NCBI GenBank assembly: GCA_963693365.1
Contig: CAVNZM010000004.1
Span: 5,024,564 to 5,088,563 of the forward strand
From: Amoebidium appalachense
Lineage: Eukaryota > Protista > Ichthyosporea
DNA: 64,000 bases
Reading direction: 5' to 3'
This document shows positions 26,051 to 37,664 of this stretch, in pieces. Within the stretch, counting starts at the first letter, position 1; the number at the start of each line of letters is the position of its first letter. Below the pieces are notes generated by a model. The model saw only the letters and a program-made list of their open reading frames with translations. It had not been told where the DNA came from and ran no database searches. The position numbers and the translations under genes are program-made.

Positions 26051-29000
26051 TGTAAACAACTGTACACATGAACTGTACATGTTTACTAAAGAATGTGATC
26101 TACTAGCACACGATTCGTGCTTTGTCATGAATATCACATAAATATTATGTCCGCACCAATAGGACTCACTCTGACCTAAGAATTGAACCATATACGGTTC
26201 TTCAGCTGCATACCACATAAACGAAGTGAACCAATAAGAGGTTTGCATAAATAGGACAAAGGTCTGACTGGCTCGGACCGCACCAGAATCACGAATGGCA
26301 TGTTGCCACCCGCGCTGGCCGCGGATGAACCAATCCTGGGCCTTGATCCGAAACCTGGGGGCTATATAAGAAAGCCGTCCCAGTACGGGGATCACATCAG
26401 TGAAGTCTGAGACAGACTGAGTCGGCCCATAGTAAAAGCAACCTGGCCGCGTGTGCCTTTCTACCCGTTCTCTGTCTTTATTTTGATTCAGTTGTACTCT
26501 GCCTTATCCTAACTAGTCCAACTGTTTACATTGGCGACCGCGGCAGGACACTGTTTTACATTGCCAACTGTTTACATTGGCGACCGCGCAGTTCAAGAAT
26601 CTCGCATCCTTCGAATCTCACATCTTTCAATCAGTTCAAGAATCTCACATCTTTCAATCAGCTCAAGAATCTCCCATGGCCGATCACAATCCTTTTTACC
26701 CCGATGATAGGCACATCTTTCCTTGTCCGGCTTAGAATATATACACCGACAAGTTTGAAGTGGCCAGCCCACCTACACGGAAAGAATTGAAAGCATGTAA
26801 AACTTCTTTTGCTACGACACATCAAAAATGTGAAGAAAAACGAATACACAACGAAACAACGAATACACGAACAAACGAATAAAGAATTGCTAGCGAAGCA
26901 ATGAACCAACGAAAAACGAACCATCACGAATACACAATGAAATAAAGAATTCACGACAAGCGAATGCATAGAGGAAATACAAAATGAATGCAACACAAAA
27001 CAAAACAAAGTAACGAAGTTATCAAACGACAAAAAACGAAAAACGGAACCAAAATGAAATGGAAATACGAAAATGAAAGAACGAATGCACAACACTGCTT
27101 GGGTTGCAATGCACACAGCCCCCTCTATGTTACGAAGAAAAGAAAACCGTTGCCCTTGCGTGCATTGCGCTATTGCACACTGTCATCGTGTCCATGCCAC
27201 CGCATGCACGTCCACACTCGCAAGCCAGATGCACGGCCACTTTCAGCACGAATGCATTTAAAGAAGAAGATAGTCGCTGTTCCTATAGCATTGAGGACAT
27301 AAGGTGCTGTGAAAGTAGTTTTGCATGCATGCTTCGAATTTCTTGCTGTTTTCGAATACAGCATGCCCCATAGTTTAGCGCACAGGATGCACAACATGCG
27401 CATGAATGTATGCTGGCATCATGCCTAAACACATTACGAACATATGCCTCATGTATGGCGGCCCTTCCTGGTGCCACGCCCTAACGAATTTGCACTCTTG
27501 GTGCACAAAAGGCATGTAATAAAGTCGATGCAGAACTTTTGTTCATGCATGTGAATAACAAAGAAGGTGTTGGGTACGAATTTTAAGGTGATTGCCCGTC
27601 TCTGGCAATACTGTGTAACATACCAATTACACTGTCAAGCCTTGCACTAGCTGCCGGCACACCCCCACCAGAACAAAAGAATGTGGTATGGGCACCGTTC
27701 CCTCACAACCCCATCATACAGTGTCAGTATTTTGGCTGGAAGCCTTTCAGTTTCGAATTACGAATACCCTCCTTCACTACTGAAGAAAGTGACGTGGAAG
27801 ACGAATACGAATACGAATGCAAGGTGTTGTTGACTAACACATCGGACCATCATGTGTACCTAGGCCCTGGTACGGAGGTGACCATGTTATTCCCTTGCAA
27901 TATGATGACACTGTAACAATTTAGCACGTGCATACCCCACCAATGGGCACATGCGGGAGACAACCCCACAAGCTGCCTTATTGGGCACCTCTGCTAAAAC
28001 GAATATTCTTCTCACGAAGGAACAGAAGAATGCCACGAACACGAACCACACACTCCCCAGGCAGCTACTTACGTCTGATGTATGAAAGTAGTAGGTGTGT
28101 GAATTGGGTAACTCCATGAACACCAACACGAAAGAAAGCACAGCACAAAGCAGTTCCACGAACACGAATGGTTTTGGTTTTCCACACAACGAACAGAACC
28201 AACAGTAGGGCCACCTACAAAAGAAGCAGAGGATGGGGCACCATCCAGACCTGCACTGGAGGATATGAAGATACGAAGCGCGCTCACGAAGTTGCTTACA
28301 AAAGAAAGGGCGACTCTGACGACTTTTCTTTTTAGGCCAAGCCTCCAGAAGAATGTATTATGCCTGGAATCCCCCTGCTCAACGAAAAATGGCTGGCAAA
28401 TGGGATACGAAAACTGCTCACGAATGGAAGCATGTGTTTTCTGAAGAAGGCTTGCTTTGCCTACCCTCTTCTTATGAATTATGAACCGGGTTTTTACTGG
28501 TTCTGACGGGCTGATATATTTCTTTATGTCGCCCAACGAAGAACATTTAGGGCATTCTTATTCATGTTATTCCCGGCTCCAATGATGCAGGGTTAAAGCT
28601 GAAAGGAAAGAAGTGCTCTTTGTTCATGAAAGAAGTGGCTTTTCCGGCCATGGTGACTCGCCTTACAGTCTTAAGGTAGAACCGGGATAAGGAGCAGTGG
28701 CTAAGCCTTGAAGCTATCCACCACTACCTGAGCCACGAAGTGACCTAAGGCTTGAGTTATATTCATTATCGAATGTTTGGTATGATCATTCATCCACACG
28801 ACTAAATTACTCGCAATTGAAAACGAATCTGCGGGAGTTTCCTAAAAAGGAAAAACACCTAAAAAAGGAAAATATTACTTCTACAGAAAAAGCCAAGCAC
28901 AGAGACGAAGCGAACAATTCGCACGCACACTCTGCAACAATCTTCGCCACGAAAATGAAAACACAGAAGAATGCTGCATGAATTTGTGTTTTGGCAAATG

Positions 29001-29642
29001 AAGAAGTGCTCATAGACGTGCACAACTCTATTCCACCGTCCTTGCTCTGTTCTGCCCTGCAGCTCGGCGCACAAGAATTCTCGCTGAAGGTTGTTTATCG
29101 CCTCTCAGCCTGGTGGTTTGCTTGTCTAACGACACCACCAGGCTCCCGACAAGGGGGGGAGTGTAAACAACTGTACACATGAACTGTACATGTTTACTAA
29201 AGAATGTGATCTACTAGCACACGATTCGTGCTTTGTCATGAATATCACATAAATATTATGTCCGCACCAATAGGACTCACTCTGACCTAAGAATTGAACC
29301 ATATATGGTTCTTCCGCTGCATACCACATAAACGAAGTGAACCAATAAGAGGTTTGCATAAATAGGACAAAGGTCTGACTGGCTCGGACCGCACCAGAAT
29401 CACGAATGGCATGTTGCCACCCGCGCTGGCCGCGGATGAACCAATCCTGGGCCTTGATCCGAAACCTGGGGGCTATATAAGAAAGCCGTCCCAGTACGGG
29501 GATCACATCAGTGAAGTCTTGAGACAGACTGAGTCGGCCCATAGTAAAAGCAACCTGGCCGCGTGTGCCTTTCTACCCGTTCTCTGTCTTTATTTTGATT
29601 CAGTTGTACTCTGCCTTATCCTAACTAGTCCAACTGTTTACA
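26051..29642 (+). mobile_element. Non-autonomous LTR retrotransposon (LARD-like) nested in gag
   Basis: ~480-bp LTRs TGTAAACA...TGTTTACA at 26051-26530 and 29162-29642; PBS after the 5' LTR; [14 protein letters not shown] before the 3' LTR; 2.6-kb interior with no intact ORF, only possible pol remnants (VLLTNTSDHHVYLGPG). Confidence 0.92.
26532..26549 (+). promoter_or_regulatory. Primer-binding site complementary to the tRNA-Arg 3' end
   Basis: TGGCGACCGCGGCAGGAC is the reverse complement of GTCCTGCCGCGGTCG-CCA, the 3' end of eukaryotic tRNA-Arg(TCG) as recalled; 1 nt after the LTR. Confidence 0.85.
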
Positions 29643-30250
29643 AAGGGCACTCTGCTGCATATTGCCGTAGTTACAAGAGCTATTGAGTTCCGGGGGAGGG
29701 GGAAGCTGGGGTCACTGAGGGAGGGGGGGGGACAGTATCGGTCCCCCCCAGGTTGCAGAGAACCTTCACCCTCCCCCACCCCAGGTTAAGCTTCCCTTTG
29801 CCCCCTCACCGCCCCGATACGTGTGGGAGCCGGGCATCGTCGTGGGTCCTCAAGACAGCGTCGAGGTGGTATGGCATGAATATTTGTGGGGTGACTCTAC
29901 CAAAGGTATGAATGGTGTGAATGTTTTGTGGTTGGGGGAGGTTCCCCAGCCACAAATGGATGGTCTCAGTGTTTCTTGTCCCAACCCGGTGTTTGTTCTA
30001 ACCACACCGGAGGGGGTTTCTGTGCCATTGTTTCCGGGAGGGGGGGGGACACACACGAGTAAAAGGGGAAGGGGGGGGGAAGGCACAGACACATAGAAAC
30101 ACACCACCACAACAACATACGACGGTTGCAGACACACCTACACACACACACACACCCACACATACACCAAACACACACACACCACCCACCCACACACCAC
30201 ACACACACACTCCACCACCACCCACATCACATACACACCCCACCCCACCC

Positions 30251-33200
30251 GTGCAGGCACCACGGGTAGGTATGTTGCACGTAGGTATCGAGGGTGTGAG
30301 TCTTCGTGGGCAGGGATTGGGTGTGAGTGATGATGTGTTGCTTGAATTGGAGGAGGATTTAGGTGGTTTTAGCCGGCATTATATAGACGTATGGTTAGCT
30401 GATGGTAAGTTGAAGGCTGTTGCTTTGCTCGATGGAGGGGCTCAGGTTAATTGTGTGCATGCTTCGTTTATTCGTCGTTTTAATCAGGCCGGGGGGGAAA
30501 TTCCTATTTTAGATGCTTCTAGCACAGCCTTAGGTAGTGCTAATAATAGTAGTATGTCTGTGGAAGGTGTTTGTGTGTTGCCGTGTGAGATAGGTGGCCA
30601 GGCTATGCATGTTGCTTGTTATGTGGTTAAGGATTTAGTTCAAAGTGTTTTGTTGGGAGCCCCATTTTTCCGTAGACATGTGAATGCTTTGTTTGAACGT
30701 ACGAATGTTTTAGAATTACAGTCCGGCGTTAAAATTAAAACCCATGATGGGCTCGACAGTTATCAGTCTGGTGCTAGAACGGTAGCTGAAGTAGTAATCG
30801 AGCCTTATCAGTGCCAAACGGTACGTGTCCGAGCCGGCAATCATGTTAGGATAGGGGATTTAGGGGTTTTTACTCCGAAAACCCCATTTCAGGAGGTGGC
30901 CCAATGGACCCTTAGTAGGGTATGGCCGGATAAGACAATAGAAATAGAATTAGTGAATCCGGGCATCGAGCCTATAGTGATTAGGTCAGGTGTTTCCGTC
31001 GGTAGTTTCACTAATGAGATTGGTAGTATAGAGGTCTCTCTTATTACCCAAAAGGAGGATGCCGGCTCGAAGGGTGACTCAGGAGGAGGGGGAACAACTT
31101 TATTTAACGTTAGCCACCAAAATGTCACCCGACACGATGGGGGGGGGGACCGGGACAGCACCGGTCCCACTCCCCCGACCCCCAAGAGGAAGGAGGGTCA
31201 CCCCGGGTGTGAGAACTTGAATGTGCAGGCAGGGGGGGAGGGTGTTGGTCTAACCCGTGGATCTGACGGGTTAACCAACACCGTGGGGGGCAGGGTGGCC
31301 ACAGACCTGGCCCCCCACATACATGCACTAACTCATCAGGAATTGCCCGGGGGCATGGGTGTGCCGGGGGGAGGGGGGGGTGCTAAGGGTGACCGCCTAT
31401 ATCCGGAGGAACCTCCACCTCACCCCGAGCAGCACCGATGTAATACAGGAGGTGAAATGTTAAGTGGCACTCCGGTGAATAAGGATGCATCCACTTGTGA
31501 TGGGGGTAACCCGGAGTTAGTATTGCCGTTTGGTATGAAGGAGGGGGATTGGACGGTAGAACAGAAAAAATTGCTAGCTAAGTTATTTGATAGGACTCGG
31601 TTTGCATTTCTGGCCGATGATAACGAAGTAGGCTTCGTTAAAGGGTTTGAAATGCAGATCGACACAGGTGATAATAGGCCGGTAGTGATGCCTAGCTATA
31701 GAATGGAGCAGTATAAATTGTCGGATGCGCTAATAATAGTGAGTGATATGTTAAAAAAGGGTCATGTGGAGCATAGTTCGAGTCCGTGGAGAAGTCCGGT
31801 GCTATTGGTTAAGAAGCCCGACGGGTCTTGGCGTCTAGTGAACGATTACAGGGCTCTGAATCGGATCACTAAGGCAGACCAATGGCCTCTCCCTCACATA
31901 GACGAGCAGCTTTCACAGCTGCACGGCTATACTCACTTTGCTAAACTTGATTTAAAAGCAGCTTTTTGGCAGATAAGGTTGGAGGAGAGCAGCAAGGAGA
32001 AGACTGCCTTTGCACTGGGTGACCAGCTGTTCCAGTACAAGGTGGTGCCGATGGTTTTGCTCTCCTCAGAGTCTCCAGCTATGTTGTGCCGGGTAATGTA
32101 TAAAATTCTCCACCCTCATTTGGATGTATGCCACCCTTATTTGGATGATGTTTTAATTAAAGGTAGGTCATTTGAGGAGTTAGTTAATAATTGTGAAAAA
32201 GTATTTTTAGCTTTGGGTGAGTCTGGTCTTCGCATTAGCGGTAGCAAGACTGTGATTGGTGTGCCGGAGGTTAAGTTTTTAGGTCATATTGTGTCTAGTA
32301 ATGGTCTTTCCCCTGATCCGGAGAAAATCCGGGCCATAGTTGAGTGGCCCCGTCCTCAGACTGTCACTCAACTAAGGCAATTTTTAGGTTTAACTAATTA
32401 TCTTCGTCGTTATATTAAGGATTATAGTATGCTTGCTTTGCCGTTAACTAGTCAGACGGGGGGGGAGAAGAAGAATAGAATAGATTGGAATGTTGATGCT
32501 GTTTCGGCTTTCGAAAAGCTTAAGTTAGCTTTGCAGTCTTCGAGTATGCTTGTTCATCCTGATTTATCGGCCGGGGGGGGGGGATGTTTAAAGTTCGGTG
32601 TGATGCAAGTAAGGTTGCTGAGGGGGCCGTGTTATATCAAGTGCAGGAGGGGCAGGATAGGGTGATTGCTTATGCTAGTCGTTCATTTAGTAAAAGTGAA
32701 CGTAGATATAGCAATCCGGAGAGAGAGTCCCATGCTATCTTTTGGGCAGTCTCACAGGCATGGAGGTATATACTCGCAGGCAGGACGTTTGAGGTCTACA
32801 CCGACCACAAGCCCTGCCTAGCCATGGCCGGCACCACTCGTCTGGTCAACGAGAGGATGCAGAAGTGGGCCGCGGCTCTCGGTGAGTTCTCCTATAAATT
32901 GTTTTATGCCAAGGGTGAAACAATGGTTGACTGTGATGCTCTCTCTCGTGCTGCTTATATTTTGTTTGAAGAAGAGAAGGAGGGGGAGGGGGGGGCTAGT
33001 GAGAGACGGGGGGGGGGAGGGGGGAAGGGGGGGAGAGTGAGCAGAAAGGAATAGATGCTGTGTCTGTTGATGTGTCTTCTTGGGCTCCGGGGTTGCTTGC
33101 TTATAAGTGTAGGGGAGGGGGGGGGAGGTATTTGTCAGTGTCTGAGGTCGGGACCGAGTCTCATGGCTCGGCCCCTGCCTTAGCACCTACGGCTTTGATC

Positions 33201-35002
33201 TTAGCTCAGGAGGAAGATGTGTTGATTGGTCTGGTTAAGAATTATTTAAAGGGGCCGGTTGATTCGATTAAATTTAAAAATAAAAGGCAGATGATTAAGG
33301 TAGCTAAGTTAGCAAAAATGTGTCAGGTCAGGTAGAGCAGGATTTAGTTTATCATTGTTCTGGGCCAGACGGACACCGAGTTTGGGTCCCGACGGCACTT
33401 GTGCCTGAGGTTTTGCATATGGTGCATGAGCATCCCATGGCTGGTCATTTAGGTGTAAATAGGACGTTGCTTCGTGTTAATCGTTCGTATTTTTGGCCCG
33501 GCCCGGGTATGAGTAGGGAGGTGAGGGATTATGTGTTGTCATGCATGCATTGTCAGGAAAGGAATGAGAGTCCCCACTCTCGTTCCCGCCCGTCGTTTAT
33601 TAGGGATTTTAATGTTCGTATGTTTGAAAGGGTAGCAGTGGATGTGGTCGGTCCTTTTAATTCTACGGTTGAGGGTAACACTGTTCTTGTTACCGTCACC
33701 GATGTGGCCACTCGTTGGGTTGAAGTTTTTCCTCTCCCCACTGCTAATGCCGTTTTGTTTGCTCGTATTTTTGTGGATGAAATTTGTCTTAGGTTTGGTT
33801 GTCCTCGTGTTTTGTTAACGGATAGAAGTCGTGTGTTTTTAAATCAGTTGGTGTCGGAGGTGCGTAAAATTTTAAGGGTAGCTCATATCACTACGTCTGC
33901 ATATCACCCTCAAGCAAATGCCATCTCTGAACGTGTGCATGCAGTGTTTCAGAAGTCCTTTGGCAAAATGGTGGATGTGGAGGCTAATGATTGGGATCAT
34001 ATGTCTAGGTTTATTGCTCATTCATATAATTCTACCCCTCATGCTGTGACTGGTTTTTCTCCGTTTTATTTGGTCTATGGGCAGGAGGCTATTAGTTTGT
34101 TAGATACGGCACTTTTGCCGATGGGGGGGGCTGACCGACTAACTTATCCCCACTGGACTGAGTTCCGGGAGCAGCTACTAACCCGGGCCCGGGCTGCACG
34201 TGATGCAGCTCTGGCCCGTACACAGCAGGCACAGACACGTGCAGACGTGTCCACACGTCCGTTACGTGAATTTGCCGAGGGTACTTTAGTTTTAATTAGG
34301 GATCATACTAGGAAAAAGAGATATAAGCAGGAGCAGGAAGGTAAGGGTGAAGGTGAAGGTCTTCGTAAGTATGGTAAGAAATGGTTGCCTCTTTTTATCG
34401 GTCCGTATAAAATAGTGGCTAGGTTAGGTCCGACGGAATATAAGGTGCAGAGGTTAGATAATGAGAGTGATGTTAGATTTTATAATGTAGATGATATAAA
34501 GGAATATTATGATAGGGCCCTTAGGGTTAAACGGCCGGAGGGCCGTCGAGTGTTAGATGCATTCACCCCCGACTATGACGGGTCGGTGGATGTATCGGAG
34601 GCTGCAGTAGATAAAATTATGGATAAAAAGGTTATCGAAGGTAAGGAAGGTAAGGTAAATTATTATTTAATTCGTTTTGAGGGAGGTTATCAGGAAGATC
34701 AGTGGTTGCCTGAGTTTCATTTGGATTGCCCGTTTTCTATTCGTGCTTATGAGGCTAGATTAGTGCAGAGGGAGTTGCCTAGTGCTCCCTCTCGGCCAAA
34801 GAGAGTTATTCCTCAGTTTAATCGTGGTGTGAAAAAGCCGGTGGGGGAGGGGGCCGGGGGGGGAGTGATGCAAATACACGTAGACACACGGGGGGAGGGG
34901 GAGGGAGGGGAGGAGACCGAGGAGGAGTGTGAACGTAGTCGTCGGAATTTATTTTATTATCATAGGTGTCTCCGTAGGTATCAAGCTTATGGTGTAGATT
35001 AA
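30251..35002 (+). pseudogene. Gypsy pol: aspartic protease, dUTPase-like linker, RT, RNase H, integrase with GPY/F motif, chromodomain; three frameshifts
   Basis: LLDGGAQVN; KPDGSWRLVNDYRALN, LDLKAAFWQ, YLDDVLI; CDAS, YTDHKP, DALSR; H-H-C-C zinc finger, VAVDVVGP, LLTDR, AYHPQAN, GPYKIV; VDKIMDKK..YYLIRFEG..DQWLPE. Breaks at G-runs near 32580 and 33020 and at a TCAGG duplication near 33325. Confidence 0.95.
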
Positions 35003-35135
35003 TTTATTATTTTTCTTCGTAATTTATTTAATTTAATTTTTTTTAGGAGACTGATTAGTCTATGTCTTTTTAGGGGGTGTTAGATATAATGTGACTGAGG
35101 TGGGACTCAGCTTTTCCGGGGGCCGGGGGGGGAGT

Positions 35136-35845
35136 TGACATATACTAATCCGTCTCAGCAGATTAGCCTAAGTCTACGATCGAGATCGGGGGGGGGGGGG
35201 GGGTGGCCCGGGTCACAGATCATCAAGATCAAGTCCGGGGCCTCAAGATAGCTGTGCAGCTGCGTGCATCATCTTGCCTCTGCCGGCGCAGGGCAGGACC
35301 ACGTCAGCTGGGACAGCCGACCAATAGTATTCTAATTAGTGTGTAGGATAGATCGTAGGAGGACTTAGGAATGTGATTGTTCGGGCAGAAGCCCTTTTGT
35401 AAATATTGGCAAGTTCTGATAGTGTATGCTGCCAAACGTATTTATATATTTCGATGACAGAGGAAAGGGGGGAGGGAGGGGGGAGGGAGATAGTATGAAA
35501 TGTAGAATTAGACTCTGCGGTGCCACTAGGGGAAGGGTGAGGGGTGAGACTTGGATAAATACATTAGTTGAGTAGATCGACTTAGCTCGTGCAGGCGCAC
35601 GATAAAAGTAGATCGGAATGTTAATGGAATGTGGCATCGTAGGGGGCCAGGTGATGATGATCTTGTAGGGCACGGCCTTGATGGCCTCAGTTGTAACTTA
35701 GACTCAATCCGTACGGATCTAAGTTTGCCCGTCGGAGCCTGGTCTTAATAAACTTTACCGTTTTTCTATACACGTTCGTTCCTTTTCGTCTGTGTACACT
35801 TAGTAGAGTGCCGCGTCTCTAGTACACATATATTAGGATACGACA
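35136..35845 (+). repeat. 3' LTR of the Gypsy element
   Basis: Matches the 5' LTR except for G-run length and about 1-2 substitutions. Confidence 0.97.
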
Positions 35846-36562
35846 GTCTTTATTGATCGAGTGTTTGCCAAATCGTCCAGTACCACTCGGGCTGGTCGGC
35901 CCACAGGACCCCTGCCGGCGTTGTTTTGTCTTGTTCAACACACACCCACGTGACTATCGAGGGGGGAGGGCAGCTACCGATCGCGCTTCAAGCAGACCAC
36001 GTCAACACTACCCCAGACGGCCACTACATATCTTTCGCCATGCTACCCGCACAACCCCCAACTGAGCCGCTAACAACCGTTAACATTCTAAGTCCCACTC
36101 CAACTTCGTAAAGAACGAAAACTACAGACTGCGGTTGGAGGCGCTGCTGAAACAGAAAAAGAAAGCGGAAAAATAGGGGAAAGGCGGGAAACCAACAAAC
36201 CAAACCGGCCACCCCAAACCTGCACAGTTAGATCAGATGCCATGTGGTACGTAAGGAGAACATTATCATGCACAGGGTAAGTTGAACGTGTGATGAGTGT
36301 ATATAGTTCAGTGCTAGCAAATATACGAACTTTCCTACATTAGCTCTATCGTTTCCTCAATAGCAACCTGTCAATAGCCACGGTCAATAGCCACAGTCAT
36401 ATGGCAGTGTGTTGTGAATAGGGATAGATCTAAAGTTTGCAGACTTAGTAGTTCGAAGTATAGGGGTTCTTGTGTTAGCTTGAACACCCACACAACTCAG
36501 ACTGAGTGTACTCAAGCCAAGCACACACTTACGCCCACGCATACACACGCACACACACAGAC

Positions 36563-36650
<88 letters not shown>

Positions 36651-36942
36651 AGCATGTGGTTATTACTAATAGGGCACAATGTACACGTAGGTAATATTAC
36701 ATACCATTTGCATAGATTCGGGCTACATTTTCTTTGCTTCTTCAATTTGGATTGAGAGAAAAGCAGAGCAAAACAAGTAGAGTAGGTGGGTTTAGCAGCA
36801 GAAGTTGTACCTTTAGGTGGGTGCTTGACAACTTAAACGTTAACAACAGTAAACAACGGGTTGAACACGGGTTGATCGTAGCTTTGGGATGCCGTACTTG
36901 ACGATGAACACCGATACGTTTGTAACCAGAGAGACTTCTGTT

Positions 36943-37581
36943 TGTCGTATCCTATAGTGTATGTACTAGAGACGCGGCACTCTACTAAGTGTACACACAC
37001 GAAAAGGAACGAACGTGTACGGAAAAACGGTAAAGTTTATTCAGACCAGGCTCAGACGGGCAAAACTTAGATCCGTACGGAATGAGGCTAAGTCACAACT
37101 GAGGCCATCAAGGCCGTGCCCTCAAAGATCATCATCACCTGGCCCCCCTACGATGCCACATTCCAAACATTCCGATCTACTTTATCGTGCGCCTGCACGA
37201 GCTAAGTGGATCTACTCAACTAATATCATATTTATCCATGTCTCACCCCTCACCCTCCCCCTAGTGGCACCGCAGAGTCTAAATCTACATTTCATACTAT
37301 CCTCCCCCCCCCCTCCCTCCCCCCTTTCCTCTACATCGAAATATATAAATACGTTTGGCAACATACACTATCAAACCTTGCCAATACTTACAAAAGGGCT
37401 TCTGCCCGAACAATCACATTCCTAAGTCCTCCTACGATCTATCCTACACACTAATTAGAATTCTATTGGTCGGCTGCCCCGGCTGACGTGGTCCAATGCC
37501 CTGCGCCGGCAGAGGCAAGATGCACGCAGCTGTACAGCTATCTTGAGGCCTCGGACTTGATCTTGATGATCTGTGGACCCG

Positions 37582-37613
<32 letters not shown>

Positions 37614-37664
37614 ATCTCGATCGTAGACTTAGGCTGATCTGCTGAGACGGATTAGTATATGTCA
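36943..37664 (-). mobile_element. Solo LTR of the same Gypsy family, older and inverted
   Basis: Diverged reverse complement of the 24167 LTR; 5-bp TSD CTGTT (36938-36942 and 37665-37669). Confidence 0.93.

Larger units (their letters stand above)
24167..35845 (+). mobile_element. Full-length Ty3/Gypsy chromovirus-type LTR retrotransposon, recent insertion
   Basis: TG..CA LTRs at 24167-24884 and 35136-35845, almost identical; 5-bp TSD GTCTT; polypurine tract at about 35118-35135; domain order gag-PR-RT-RH-IN-chromodomain. Confidence 0.97.

Noticed and set aside
32570-33035. Programmed frameshifts in Gypsy pol
   Set aside because: The breaks fall in long G-runs at the RT/RNase H boundary and after RNase H; slippage mutation or sequencing error is more likely.
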